DNA of 64,000 bases from an uncultured Veillonellaceae bacterium (lineage in GTDB: Bacteria; Bacillota; Negativicutes; JARBTT01). The position numbers and the translations under genes were made by a program. Positions 47,902 to 58,637 of this stretch are shown here, piece after piece (positions within the stretch are counted from its first letter, which is position 1; each line of letters opens with the position of its first letter). The notes under the pieces are model-generated. The model saw only the letters and a program-made list of their open reading frames with translations, was not told the origin of the DNA and did not search any database. Where the stretch lies: positions 544,001 through 608,000 of the forward strand of contig CAWDTA010000002.1 in assembly GCA_963805085.1 (NCBI GenBank), read 5' to 3'.

Positions 47902-48339
47902 TCATTTTAACAATAATACTGGGCATTTCGCATTTTCCAGTAAATATCGGCTCACACTTCCTAATAAAAAACCTTCCAGCATACTGAGTCCTCTTGCAGC
48001 AATGACGATTACATCACTTTGCCGTTCCTCGGAAAACTTTAAGATCTCTTCTGCAGCAATACCAAACTTCGTGCATGTTTGATATCTGATCGTAGACGGT
48101 ATCTCCCGAGTAGAATTATCTAGAATCGCTTTACTAATCTTCTTGACTGAGCCTACTACAGACTCAGGTAGCCATAAAATTTCCGCTACCTTACTATCCG
48201 TTTCATCGGAGAGATGGGATACATAAATAAAATCAATTTCAGCATTGCAAACAGCAGCTAAATCAACGGCTTTCATTACTGCTTTTTCAGAGCTTTCTGA
48301 ACCATCCACTGGAACGAGAATTCGCTTTATCTCAATCAT
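47902..48339 (-). CDS. Universal stress protein
   Basis: ILVPVDGS, LLGSVS and CPV motifs. Confidence 0.92.
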   Translation of the reverse strand: MIEIKRILVPVDGSESSEKAVMKAVDLAAVCNAEIDFIYVSHLSDETDSKVAEILWLPESVVGSVKKISKAILDNSTREIPSTIRYQTCTKFGIAAEEILKFSEERQSDVIVIAARGLSMLEGFLLGSVSRYLLENAKCPVLLLK

Positions 48340-48625
48340 TCAAATCCCCCATTTCTTTCTAACACAGTATTAAACAACTTTTTCTATTATTGTATTTACT
48401 TCGCTATTATCCTAAATATCCCTCTAGAATACTTGGAAATATATAGATTAGAGCCACCCTATTTATTTCATCTTGACAGTACTATTGATTTGGTGCTAAA
48501 ATTTATTAAACATTTCCACGTAATAATCGACTTTTTTTCTTATATAATTGTAAACAGCATCTTTTCTAAAATTACTTTGTGATTTTTAAGGTCTTATTTG
48601 ATCAACTGAGTGATAGTCAATCTTG

Positions 48626-48660
48626 CTCGTTCTTGATTATATTCAAGAACGAGTTTCTTT
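48626..48660 (+). terminator. Terminator-like hairpin in the threonine dehydratase leader
   Basis: CTCGTTCTTGA-TTATAT-TCAAGAACGAG-TTTCTTT downstream of TTGACA-18-TAAAAT (48473-48502). Confidence 0.45.
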
Positions 48661-48714
48661 GCATTTCTATGATGTTAGATTATTGCGGTTTAGTAAATTA
48701 GGAGGGTATTTTTC

Positions 48715-49959
48715 ATGTCAAATAAAGCGAAACCAGACTTGGCTGCTCTTGTTGAAAGCACATCGATTGCCGATGTTTATCGTGCAGCAAAACAATTAGC
48801 CGGGGTTGTAAAAAAAACCGAGCTGATTTACAGTCCACACTTTAGTGCCACTTCTGGCAATGAAGTCTATATCAAACCAGAAAATTTACAAAACACTGGA
48901 TCATTTAAGCTACGTGGTGCTTACAATAAAATCAGCCAACTATCAGATGAAGAAAAATCAAAAGGTGTAATCACCGCTTCCGCTGGTAATCACGCCCAAG
49001 GGGTTGCTTACGCTGCCCAAAAACTCAATGTGAAAGCAGTCATTGCTATGCCAGCTACCACACCAATTATTAAAGTAGAAGCGACAAAGAGCTATGGTGC
49101 TGAAGTTGTGTTATTCGGCGATAGTTATGATGATGCGTATGGTCGCGCAGTAGAACTACAAAAAGAACATGGGTACGTCTTCATTCATCCTTTTGATGAT
49201 CTCGAAGTATTACTTGGGCAAGGCACTACCGCCCTTGAAATTTACGACGAATTAAAAGATGTCGACGCAATATTAGTACCAATTGGCGGTGGCGGTTTTG
49301 CTAGTGGCGTTGCCCTTGCCAGTAAATTTGTCAATCCCAATGTAAAAGTCATCGGTATCGAACCAGAGGGTGCTGCCTGTATCAAACGCTCTTTAGAAAA
49401 AGGTAAAGTTAGCTCACTATCAAAAGTAGATACTGTTGCTGAAGGTACTGCCGTAAAAACACCAGGTAGTTTAACGTTTGAATTTATAAAAAAATATGTA
49501 GATGAAGTCATCACAGTTTCTGAATTCGAAATCATGTCCGCTTTATTATCTTTAATAGAAAAACATAAACTAATTGCTGAAGGTGCTGGTGTGCTTTCTC
49601 TAGCCGCCCTTAATAAACTAAACTTCAAAGGCAAAAAGGTCGTATCAATTGTCAGTGGTGGTAACATTGATATCTCGACGATTTCCGCACTTATCAATAA
49701 AGCCTTAATCGCTCGCGGTCGCGTATTCTGTTTCACCGTAAATCTACCAGATAGACCAGGGCAACTCTTAAAAGTGGCCGAGATCCTCGCTGAAGAAAAT
49801 GCCAACGTAATTAAACTTGACCACAACCAAGCAAAAGTTACCGATAGCTTTAAGCAAGTGCAACTCGAAGTGACTGTAGAAACCCATGGTCAAGAACATG
49901 TCGATCGTGTCGTTGCAGCATTAGAGAAAAATGGTTTTGGTATTCAAAAGATATATTAA
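48715..49959 (+). CDS. ilvA: Threonine ammonia-lyase with single ACT domain
   Basis: GSFKLRGA, SAGNHAQG, PIGGGG and SGGN motifs; ACT domain DRPG. Confidence 0.92.
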   Translation: MSNKAKPDLAALVESTSIADVYRAAKQLAGVVKKTELIYSPHFSATSGNEVYIKPENLQNTGSFKLRGAYNKISQLSDEEKSKGVITASAGNHAQGVAYAAQKLNVKAVIAMPATTPIIKVEATKSYGAEVVLFGDSYDDAYGRAVELQKEHGYVFIHPFDDLEVLLGQGTTALEIYDELKDVDAILVPIGGGGFASGVALASKFVNPNVKVIGIEPEGAACIKRSLEKGKVSSLSKVDTVAEGTAVKTPGSLTFEFIKKYVDEVITVSEFEIMSALLSLIEKHKLIAEGAGVLSLAALNKLNFKGKKVVSIVSGGNIDISTISALINKALIARGRVFCFTVNLPDRPGQLLKVAEILAEENANVIKLDHNQAKVTDSFKQVQLEVTVETHGQEHVDRVVAALEKNGFGIQKIY

Positions 49960-50039
49960 GTACTAGGTCAACGTCTCTCAATAATAAAAACACTCCAATC
50001 AATATGGCTAATAAACCATAACGATTGGAGTGTTTTTTA

Positions 50040-50531
50040 TTATCCTTTTGCTTTATCAAGTGCCTTATTGGCCGCATCCATAAATTGATTATAAGATACG
50101 GTCGCTCCAGATATCGCATCTACTTTTTCAGCTTTCTGTACTTCAACTAATTGTTCGGCATAAACTGCATTTGCCTTAACAGCATTTTGGGCTTTTTTGT
50201 AAAACACTGGATTTTCTATCTTTCCATTCGTCTTTCCATACTCAACATCTTTTATTTTGCCCCCATGCTCATACCCGACGAAAGATGCATTCACAATTTT
50301 ATCTTGTTTCAAGGTAATAGAAATCTTACCAATGCCGCCAAAATCATCTGTCTTACTATCAGCCGTATAAGTTCCATCAACATAATGCTCTGATTTTTTT
50401 GTTTCAACTGCAGCCGTCTCATTTTTTTTATCAGCTACCGCCTCGGAAGCAGCCTGATTTGACGAAGCACAACCTGCTAAAAGCTGTGTGGATACAGCAC
50501 CGACCAATAGCAATGTACTATATTTTTTCAT
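50040..50531 (-). CDS. FMN-binding lipoprotein (flavinylation substrate)
   Basis: LAGC lipobox, DGTY and DAISGAT flavinylation motif. Confidence 0.9.
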   Translation of the reverse strand: MKKYSTLLLVGAVSTQLLAGCASSNQAASEAVADKKNETAAVETKKSEHYVDGTYTADSKTDDFGGIGKISITLKQDKIVNASFVGYEHGGKIKDVEYGKTNGKIENPVFYKKAQNAVKANAVYAEQLVEVQKAEKVDAISGATVSYNQFMDAANKALDKAKG

Positions 50532-50542
50532 TGCTTTCCTCC

Positions 50543-51205
50543 TCACCGATTATATTTAGATTCCGCAATTCTGCCATGATCAATAATAATGCATTTCTCC
50601 GCTTGTTTCCCCACTTCCATATCATGCGTAACGGTCAAAATCGTATGGCCTTCCGCATGAAGTTCATGGAAAATCTTCATGACAATTTCTTCATTTGCCT
50701 CATCTAAATTCCCCGTAGGTTCATCAGCCAAAATTAACATCGGATAGTTGATCAGTGCTCGCGCGATGCAAACACGCTGTTGCTCGCCTCCCGATAACTG
50801 ACTTGGCAAATGGGACGCACGATCTTTGAGTCCAACCCGATCGAGAGCCGCCAAAGCTTCGGTTTCATCAGGCATACTATGATAATATTGTGCAATCATA
50901 ACATTTTCCACGGCTGTCAAATAAGGAATCAAATGAAATTGTTGAAATACAAGCCCAATCTTATCGCGCCTAAACGAAGTAAGTTCATTCTTACTTACAT
51001 TAGAAAGATCCCGATCATCAAGAATAATCGATCCTGAAGTTGCTTTATCCATACAACCAATAATATTCATTAACGTTGTTTTTCCTGATCCAGAAGGTCC
51101 CATGAGCGCCAACCATTCGCCTTTTTCTACGACAAGATTGATATCTTGCAGCGCTTTTACTTTGCCATAGGTCATGCATACATCTTTTAATTCTAATAAA
51201 CTCAT
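50543..51205 (-). CDS. ABC transporter ATP-binding protein (LolD/MacB-like)
   Basis: GPSGSGKT, LSGGEQQR and ADEPTGNLD motifs. Confidence 0.95.
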   Translation of the reverse strand: MSLLELKDVCMTYGKVKALQDINLVVEKGEWLALMGPSGSGKTTLMNIIGCMDKATSGSIILDDRDLSNVSKNELTSFRRDKIGLVFQQFHLIPYLTAVENVMIAQYYHSMPDETEALAALDRVGLKDRASHLPSQLSGGEQQRVCIARALINYPMLILADEPTGNLDEANEEIVMKIFHELHAEGHTILTVTHDMEVGKQAEKCIIIDHGRIAESKYNR

Positions 51206-51220
51206 CGTTTATAACCTCCT

Positions 51221-52354
51221 TTATTCACCACGCAAAACGATAGCTGGCTCTACATTGATCGCAATCCGTACAGGAATCAAACTTGCCAGCCCTGTTACCA
51301 AAATAGATACGAACAGCGAAAACACTGCAATCATTGGCGAAAATGCGATCGCACGACCAAATACATTGATACTAACAGACTGTGCAAAGAAGAAGCCTAA
51401 AGCAATACCTAAAACTCCACCTAACGCACCTAAAACGCAACCTTCACCTAAAAAATCCAGTACAATGGCTTTGTTATCGGCGCCAAGCGCTTTCTTGAGC
51501 CCGATTTCCTTCCTACGTTCAGTTACAACGGCCATCATTGTCGTTGCTACACAAATTAAGGTAAGTAAAAGGACTACAATTGTAACCAAAAAAACTAAGG
51601 CTTGCAATTTTTTCAAAACAGTTTGTTCTGAATGTGCAACCTGTTGTAAAAGCCTTGGCGCTAGCATTGGATTCTTTTCAGAAATTTTATCCGCTAGCGT
51701 TTGAAGCTCCGTCTGATTGGCCACGATACTGACTTGCGCCAAACTAATTTGTTCGTTTTTTTGTAAAAGCTTTTGTAACAAGGATAAATCCATAAATGCA
51801 AATTGCTCTTCTTTACCACCTGTGCGAACAATTCCAGCGACAACCACTTTTGTTTCTGTTTGCTCCGCCCCAGTTGTTAAAATCAAGCTTTGCCCTGGCA
51901 CAATTTTCATACGTTCGGCAAGTTCCGCTCCCAGCAAGATCTCTTTTCTCCCTGTAGCTGGCCACTTACCCGTAATCTGCCAATATGGACTTACTTTCTG
52001 TACCTGATCGAAATCCGTTCCAGCTGTTAAAATAGGCTGTTCATTGATCTTAATTTTTTCATATAAAAATGGTGCAACCCCCACCAATTTATCTGTCGGC
52101 AGCAAGCCCATGACGTTTTGTAAATCCGACTGCGCTAGCCATCGCTGATCGCCACTCGGTACTAAAAGCATATTTGCTCCATAGGAACGAAATTCTCGTC
52201 CCATCTGCTGTGGAGCATCATAGTAGACCGTAACCATTCCCGAAATAATCGTCGCACCAATTGCCACCGCGAGCAAAGCAATAAGCATTCGTGAACGCCG
52301 CCTTAAAAGCGCGTGGAAAACCATTGTGAAATACATTTTATATTTTTTCATCAC
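51221..52354 (-). CDS. FtsX-like ABC permease
   Basis: FRSYGAN and ERRKEIGLKKALGA motifs. Confidence 0.92.
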   Translation of the reverse strand: MMKKYKMYFTMVFHALLRRRSRMLIALLAVAIGATIISGMVTVYYDAPQQMGREFRSYGANMLLVPSGDQRWLAQSDLQNVMGLLPTDKLVGVAPFLYEKIKINEQPILTAGTDFDQVQKVSPYWQITGKWPATGRKEILLGAELAERMKIVPGQSLILTTGAEQTETKVVVAGIVRTGGKEEQFAFMDLSLLQKLLQKNEQISLAQVSIVANQTELQTLADKISEKNPMLAPRLLQQVAHSEQTVLKKLQALVFLVTIVVLLLTLICVATTMMAVVTERRKEIGLKKALGADNKAIVLDFLGEGCVLGALGGVLGIALGFFFAQSVSINVFGRAIAFSPMIAVFSLFVSILVTGLASLIPVRIAINVEPAIVLRGE

Positions 52355-52357
52355 ATA

Positions 52358-53644
52358 TCACCTACCATGGAGTACTGCCGCAGGACGCAAAGATAAAAGC
52401 ATGCGCATTGCCGGAAGACTTCCCATTAAAATAACCAAGGTCATCAGCACAATATCCAAAGGAATTACCATAAGATTGATTGCAATCGAAGAATCAAACA
52501 CGGTATGCCCGATGATTTGTGCAAAGCCGAGTCCGATAAAATAGCCAAAAACTCCACCAAAAAAACCGGTAATAAAAATCTCGGTGAGAATTAATACGCT
52601 GACAGCCAAGTTCGTCGCTCCTAAAGCTTTCAGCAAACCTAGTTCTTTGCTGCGTTCCATGATGTTCGCACTGACTAGATTCGATATTCCAAGCGCTGAA
52701 CTCAAAAGACTTAGCGCCGTAATCAAAAGCATCAACATCTGCGTTTTCTCTAAAATTCGCCCCTCGGATTCAGCAACTTGACGAACAGGTTTGGCTATAG
52801 AATTCTGGATTGCCTCTTCAATTTGAAATGCAATTGATCCCACATAAGCTGTACAATACCAGACCTCATATTCTTTCATTGACAAACTTTTTGGATCAGC
52901 CGCTGCCTTTTTCGCTAAATCATTTTCTGGTGTTGTGATTGCACTGACTTCAATCTTGTCAATTTTGCCCTGTAACTGATTCAGCTTTTGCACAAAAGCC
53001 AATGGAGCAAACATTCCATCCTCTTCTTGCCCGCCGCTGCTAAAAATCCCTTTGATGGTAAGAGTTTCTTTCTGCGGTGCACCTGGTGCTCTATACTCTA
53101 TTTTATCGCCTACTTTTAAACCTAGCGTATCTGCCAAACGTTTTCCTAGCATTACCGCCTGCAAATCATCATCACGTACCCATTCCCCGTCGACAGACCA
53201 CCAAGATTTCAGATATTTTTCCCCCGTCTGGATCGTTTCTCCTGTTGGCAATTGCAAAGCGTAATCAAACCATGTACCAACCAAAGAAACTGCCTCTCTT
53301 TGCCCCTCTATAGCAATTTTACTTTCCAGTGAAGGCGCAAACGCTACAATATTATTGGTCCAAAAGATGGTTTTGATTTTTCCTAAATCTGCTTCTTGTA
53401 AATATTCTTTATGCGCCGTATCACCCTCCAGCCCATATATATCCTTCAACACAGAACTGTTTTTTGGTGTCACGGTAATATTTGCACCGTACGCTTTAAG
53501 CTCTTGATTGACTTTATCGCCGACATTGAGCATAACATTGAGCATTGCCGTCGCCAAGGAAACGCCTAAAGCAAGCGTAAGTGCTACCATCAACATTCTT
53601 TGTTTCTGCCTTAACATAGCACCTTTTAACATCTGCCAAAACAT
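52358..53644 (-). CDS. FtsX-like ABC permease
   Basis: LKAYGAN, WYCTAY and ERSKELGLLKALGA motifs. Confidence 0.92.
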   Translation of the reverse strand: MFWQMLKGAMLRQKQRMLMVALTLALGVSLATAMLNVMLNVGDKVNQELKAYGANITVTPKNSSVLKDIYGLEGDTAHKEYLQEADLGKIKTIFWTNNIVAFAPSLESKIAIEGQREAVSLVGTWFDYALQLPTGETIQTGEKYLKSWWSVDGEWVRDDDLQAVMLGKRLADTLGLKVGDKIEYRAPGAPQKETLTIKGIFSSGGQEEDGMFAPLAFVQKLNQLQGKIDKIEVSAITTPENDLAKKAAADPKSLSMKEYEVWYCTAYVGSIAFQIEEAIQNSIAKPVRQVAESEGRILEKTQMLMLLITALSLLSSALGISNLVSANIMERSKELGLLKALGATNLAVSVLILTEIFITGFFGGVFGYFIGLGFAQIIGHTVFDSSIAINLMVIPLDIVLMTLVILMGSLPAMRMLLSLRPAAVLHGR

Positions 53645-53656
53645 CTTCTCACCTCC

Positions 53657-54916
53657 TTACTTAAACCGATCTTTTTCTTTTTCTAAGCCAGCTTGTTCCA
53701 CCATGATACTGCCCTCTGAAACCTTATATTCAATTGGAATTGGATTGCATCCACCCTTCATTCCAATTGTCGCTTTATTCATCATAACATCACAAAGCCG
53801 ACAGATGACCTGTCCGTCACGCTCTAAATATCCAGTTGGGCCACAGATTTCACAAGCATCCAATCCAACTCCATAGGAAGAGCCACCCTTTTGAATGATA
53901 ACGAAACGCACCAATTCACCAGAAGAAGCCTTATAAACATAACGATGCAGATGCCCATCCTTGACGGCTTCCAATGGAATTTGTATATGCCCTTCAGTTG
54001 CCGTAATAGGAATCGCCGGCACAAGTTCTTCTGTTTTATTGGCATAGATACTACCCCAAGTAGAAAAAAACACCATAATCGCTAAACTGATGATAGCCCC
54101 CATACCCCAACGCAGTTTTTTTTGCGCCTGTATCCGAATCTTCCGATACTGTGCGTCATTGATCTGGGCAGGCCTCTCTGGTTTCTTCTGCAAAAACAAA
54201 GCGATCGGCAAAATCAAGGTAACTGCAAATACAATATAAATAAACCAAGACTTATGATCAATCAAAGGCGCCATAATATGCATCAAATGGTCTCCCTGAA
54301 GCATCCGCCGTGCCATCATAACCTGCACGAGAAAAATAAATTGCTGAAAAAGAACCGCCACGATTTGAATCACAAAAACAAATAAAAGTCGGCGATCACG
54401 CAGAGCAATCGCTGCCTGGTAAATAAGATATCCACCAATACCAGCAAAGCCTAGCCCTAATGTGAATCCTAATAATTTCCACAAAACTAGTAAGGTAAAA
54501 TAATCTCCATCGGCCGTCACGACAATGCTGACGGGAATCAGAAAGATTTCCATACCGTGATATAAAAGCAAAGCAATGGTCGTCATATAAATAGATATCT
54601 TTAACGTTTTTTTACTTGCACTTTCTAATGAAGCCCGAGACGCTAAGAGACTCAAAAGACTTACTTCCCCAAACAAAGAAAAAATAATTGCAAGGCTTTC
54701 AAAAACTTCACGACTCACTGCATTTTTTGTTCCTAATTTGACAATAACAATAAAGATAGCGCCCCAAAAACCCCAAGCAATCGCGCGCGAAAAAACTTTT
54801 TTATACAGTTCAAAATCTGCTCGCACTAGGATCGCGCGTAAAAGAACCAGTGGAACAATAACCGTTACCATCAATTCCATTGCTGGAATAAGATTTTGCA
54901 ATATAATTTGTAACAT
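53657..54916 (-). CDS. DUF2318 membrane protein (Fe-S/Cys-rich C-terminus)
   Basis: DACEICG..VIC..CDV..GGCNPIP. Confidence 0.9.
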   Translation of the reverse strand: MLQIILQNLIPAMELMVTVIVPLVLLRAILVRADFELYKKVFSRAIAWGFWGAIFIVIVKLGTKNAVSREVFESLAIIFSLFGEVSLLSLLASRASLESASKKTLKISIYMTTIALLLYHGMEIFLIPVSIVVTADGDYFTLLVLWKLLGFTLGLGFAGIGGYLIYQAAIALRDRRLLFVFVIQIVAVLFQQFIFLVQVMMARRMLQGDHLMHIMAPLIDHKSWFIYIVFAVTLILPIALFLQKKPERPAQINDAQYRKIRIQAQKKLRWGMGAIISLAIMVFFSTWGSIYANKTEELVPAIPITATEGHIQIPLEAVKDGHLHRYVYKASSGELVRFVIIQKGGSSYGVGLDACEICGPTGYLERDGQVICRLCDVMMNKATIGMKGGCNPIPIEYKVSEGSIMVEQAGLEKEKDRFK

Positions 54917-55010
54917 AGGCTTTTCCTTTCATTATGATCTATATGCTCTATATCCTCACACTTCTATAAGAAAAAGCGGAAGGAGAAATTCCTGTCCGCT
55001 TTTTGTTATC

Positions 55011-55565
55011 TTACCAATGTCTAGGAATGTAATTAAAAGTCCAATGTAATTTAGCTGGTTTATCCCAGAAACGTCCTTCAACACCAGTTTCTTTATCTGT
55101 ATGAATTCCATAATTTTGACGTAATGGACTTTCAATGCTGATATCTGCATCATAAGTACCTGCGCCAAGCATTTTAAGATTTGCACCATAATGCGGTCCA
55201 TCACTTGCATTCATCGGCATCATCGTACCTTCAATTTTTTCACCAGACCCTTGTTTTGTTAAGGTATAATGCACCGTTAAGTATGGCATCCATTCTCCTA
55301 CACCAAAACCTGTATTATTACCTTCTGTTGCATGGATATCTGCTTCTATATGAATATCAGCCTTATCTGCCGCTAGCGTCATGCTGGATGGTTCCATTGT
55401 AATCGGTTGGAAATATACCAACGCAACTTTAAAATGCTGCCCCTCTACCTCTTGGTCGTCCCCGATTGGATACTCTTGAAATCCTGCTGCAGATGTTTTA
55501 CCTGCAAACGTAACTAAGCTAAGAACCATGGCAAATGCCATACATAAGAATTTAAAATTTTTCAT
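55011..55565 (-). CDS. P19/Tp34/FetP periplasmic iron/copper-binding protein
   Basis: HIEADIHA, MPMNASDGPHYG and HTDKETGV motifs. Confidence 0.93.
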   Translation of the reverse strand: MKNFKFLCMAFAMVLSLVTFAGKTSAAGFQEYPIGDDQEVEGQHFKVALVYFQPITMEPSSMTLAADKADIHIEADIHATEGNNTGFGVGEWMPYLTVHYTLTKQGSGEKIEGTMMPMNASDGPHYGANLKMLGAGTYDADISIESPLRQNYGIHTDKETGVEGRFWDKPAKLHWTFNYIPRHW

Positions 55566-56764
55566 GATATAGCCTCCTTGTTTTTTATTTTTTTATGAAT
55601 TAAATGAATTGCAGCAGCCGCGAGTAAGATAATTTGAGGCATCAACGTCTCCATGGTAGGATAAAGCCCAAAGAAATCTATATTGGGAAATAAAGCCATA
55701 TCAAGCGGCGTTGTACTTATAAGCCCCCCTTCTTGTAATTCTTTTACTCCGCTACCAGCAAAGCTTACTGCCAAAAAGTACATGAAAATACTGGTTCCGA
55801 TAAAAAATGGTCGTATAGGAATTTTCACTGTGCCTAAACGCACCAACATGAAAATAATACCTAGCGCCAGACAACCTGCCGCAAATCCTAACCAAATCAT
55901 CTGGACATCATCGCCTGCTCCATTGAACAATGCTTGATAGAAAAGAACCACTTCAGCACCTTCACGATATACGGCCAAAAACGCCGCCATTCCCAAAGCC
56001 ATCGTATTACTTTGGGTCAAAGAAGTTTGTACATTACTCTCGATATATTGTGTCCAAGCTTTGGTATTTGCCTTGCCACCCATCCAATAGCTCACAGAAA
56101 GGAGTACCATTACGGCAACCAGCATGGTTGCACCTTCCATAATTTCTTGATTGGCACCTGCACCGCTACTACTTGTGAGCAAATGAAATATATATGCTGT
56201 AATAAAACTTGCAACAATCGCTGCAATGGAATAATTATATACAACAGTAACTTTTTCTTCATTTCCAGATTTAATTAAATAAGCTAAAATAGCTGCCAAA
56301 ACTAAAATAGCTTCTACACCTTCTCTAACCAAAATCAAAAAGGCTGGCCAAAATGCCGCCCATCCACCATGACTAGAATTGGCGCCTTGTAATTTTTGCA
56401 CATCGTCATTGATCATGGTCATCATCGTAACAATTTCTTGCTTTACTTGCGCCTCTGGCATCTGATTGGTCATTGACTTCTTAATTTTGCTAAATTGATA
56501 TTCCGTCAAATTTGCATTCTTACTCGCAACAGTGTTGCGCACAGCCATCTCTAACCCATCTTTTTCATATATGCCATAATATACATCATTTACAACTTTT
56601 TTAGCGCCGTCGGCATCGCCTGTAGTGTAAACCTCCAACGCATGTTGCATTTCTTGCTCAATATGATCAGCTACCCGATCCCATTTTGGAGCCGCAAAGG
56701 TAACGGATACGTTACTGTATAAAAAAAAGCATACAAGTGCAAATAACGACCATTTCTTCAGCAT
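55562..56764 (-). CDS. FTR1 family iron permease
   Basis: Two RExxE motifs (REGVE, REGAE). Confidence 0.93.
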   Translation of the reverse strand: MLKKWSLFALVCFFLYSNVSVTFAAPKWDRVADHIEQEMQHALEVYTTGDADGAKKVVNDVYYGIYEKDGLEMAVRNTVASKNANLTEYQFSKIKKSMTNQMPEAQVKQEIVTMMTMINDDVQKLQGANSSHGGWAAFWPAFLILVREGVEAILVLAAILAYLIKSGNEEKVTVVYNYSIAAIVASFITAYIFHLLTSSSGAGANQEIMEGATMLVAVMVLLSVSYWMGGKANTKAWTQYIESNVQTSLTQSNTMALGMAAFLAVYREGAEVVLFYQALFNGAGDDVQMIWLGFAAGCLALGIIFMLVRLGTVKIPIRPFFIGTSIFMYFLAVSFAGSGVKELQEGGLISTTPLDMALFPNIDFFGLYPTMETLMPQIILLAAAAIHLIHKKIKNKEAIS

Positions 56765-56780
56765 AAAATCCCTCGTTTCC

Positions 56781-56818
56781 ATTGAGAATGAAATCAATAT
56801 TCATTCTCAATGATTATT
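56781..56818 (-). promoter_or_regulatory. Fur-box-like palindromes upstream of FTR1
   Basis: ATTGAGAATGA-AATCAATAT-TCATTCTCAAT-GATTATT. Confidence 0.75.
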
Positions 56819-56895
56819 AAAAAAAAATATCCGTCAACTGTATTTCCCCGATAAAACAAATTAGTCCGCAAGCCTATGGAAATAGCTTTGCTTTA

Positions 56896-57585
56896 CTATT
56901 CATAAATCCTTATTGCATGAGATTTTTGTTCCCCGTTATCCTGTTGTTTTTTATTAAATGAAATGACAATCATCGCATCCGTTACAATTGGTTCTTTTTC
57001 TAGATCAAGACCAGGCTTAAATTTCCATTTTTTTACGGTCTCAATTGCAATTTTATCAATATTAGGTTTTCCAGACCCTACCACCACGACGACTTTTCCC
57101 ATTGAACCGTCTTTTTGCACTCTTCCTTTTACGGTAATCGTTCCCGTATAGCCAGCTTGACTTGCAACTGACGGATAACAATACTGCAAAATACTAGGTG
57201 GTGTTCCCATTTGATGATTTCCAGTAGCTTTTGACATTACCGCCTTTTCTTTCTGCAGACTAGAAGCACTGTTCTGATTCTCCAGTTCTTTGGCTATCGT
57301 CACATCATTTTCCGTAACAACTGGACTCTCTTCCGCTTGCTCTTCTACCTCAGAAGAAGTATCAGCAGCCACCGCTTCTGTCGGAGGCTCAACTATCGGA
57401 GGGCTTTGGTCTACCAACAACTCTTCCTCAGGTATATCTGTCCATTCCATCATGTTTTGCTCCCCTAACGGAACGATCGTCTGCGCATGCAAATTGGTTA
57501 AGATAAAATTGCCTGCTAACCAAGCAATTAAGTGGATAAAAAAAGCCATAAGAAATGCCATACGCCAATGTTTCGGATATTGCAT
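56896..57585 (-). CDS. tonB: Energy transducer TonB
   Basis: N-terminal TM with His, acidic/Pro linker, YP..A..G..G and WKFKPG motifs. Confidence 0.85.
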   Translation of the reverse strand: MQYPKHWRMAFLMAFFIHLIAWLAGNFILTNLHAQTIVPLGEQNMMEWTDIPEEELLVDQSPPIVEPPTEAVAADTSSEVEEQAEESPVVTENDVTIAKELENQNSASSLQKEKAVMSKATGNHQMGTPPSILQYCYPSVASQAGYTGTITVKGRVQKDGSMGKVVVVVGSGKPNIDKIAIETVKKWKFKPGLDLEKEPIVTDAMIVISFNKKQQDNGEQKSHAIRIYE

Positions 57586-57589
57586 TCTT

Positions 57590-58003
57590 TTACCTCACCT
57601 TCATCTCAGTAGCAATCGAAATCTTATGTGCTCCCGCATTCTTTAGTACATCTAAAGCGGCAACAACCGTATCATATGTTGCTTTTTTATCGCCCCGCAA
57701 AACAAAAATCACCTCTGGATCACCTTGTAAGGAATTCTGAATCCGTTCCTTCATCTCTAGAATCGGTATCGTGTCTTTCTCATACAAAACCGCCCCATCG
57801 TCCATAACCGTAATAGAAATTAAATTGGGCTTTTCTTGTCTCACGGCACTAGAAGCCTTAGGGAGATTCACTGGAATCGTATGAAGTTGTACCATATAAA
57901 CTGTACTAACCATAAAAAAAACCAGTAAGAAGAACATAATATCAATCATCGGTACAATCATCAATAAAGGTTCTTTTTCAATACGAAAATTACGCCGTTT
58001 CAT
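57590..58003 (-). CDS. exbD: ExbD/TolR
   Basis: PMIDIMFFLLVFFM, LP and RGD motifs. Confidence 0.92.
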   Translation of the reverse strand: MKRRNFRIEKEPLLMIVPMIDIMFFLLVFFMVSTVYMVQLHTIPVNLPKASSAVRQEKPNLISITVMDDGAVLYEKDTIPILEMKERIQNSLQGDPEVIFVLRGDKKATYDTVVAALDVLKNAGAHKISIATEMKVR

Positions 58004-58622
58004 GGGTGCTTCCTCCAGCCACCGCTTTTTTCAGGCTAACTAAAATAACTGTATGTACTTGCTCCAAATCTGTAAGAATCGTATCTAATCTCTGCGCATA
58101 ATAGGTATGTACGACCAAAGCCAAAACCGCAACACAAAGTCCCGTTGCGGTTGCAATTAAGGCTTCACCGATTCCTCCGGTGATGGCCAGAGGCTGATTA
58201 CCATCTAAACTAAATATGCTAAAGGACTCCATCATTCCAGAAATTGTTCCTAGCAAACCCAATAAAGGTGCCAACGTAACAATCGCAGACAAATAATTTA
58301 AATTGGAACGCAAACGTGTCGCCGCTAGCGAATATGCACTTTCCAAGGCAAGTTCTATATCTGTTCCACGTTCACGAGCCTTTAAAGCCTCTAAAGCAAG
58401 AAAACTCGCTGCACTTGAAAAATTTTTACAAAATCCAATAGCCTCTTGATTAGGTTTTTCAAGAAGCATCTCTGACAATTCTGTTTGGAATTTATCTTTT
58501 TTCGCCTCAGCCCGTCGATAATAGATAAAGCGGTCGATAGCTATCGCTACTACGCTCAAAGAGCAAAGTAGTAGTATATACATTATTGGCCCGCCCTTAT
58601 GAAAGAAATCTAATGTATTCAT
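57990..58622 (-). CDS. exbB: ExbB/TolQ
   Basis: APLLGLLGT and GIGEALIATATGL motifs. Confidence 0.92.
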   Translation of the reverse strand: MNTLDFFHKGGPIMYILLLCSLSVVAIAIDRFIYYRRAEAKKDKFQTELSEMLLEKPNQEAIGFCKNFSSAASFLALEALKARERGTDIELALESAYSLAATRLRSNLNYLSAIVTLAPLLGLLGTISGMMESFSIFSLDGNQPLAITGGIGEALIATATGLCVAVLALVVHTYYAQRLDTILTDLEQVHTVILVSLKKAVAGGSTHETA

Positions 58623-58637
58623 TTTCACATGTACCTC

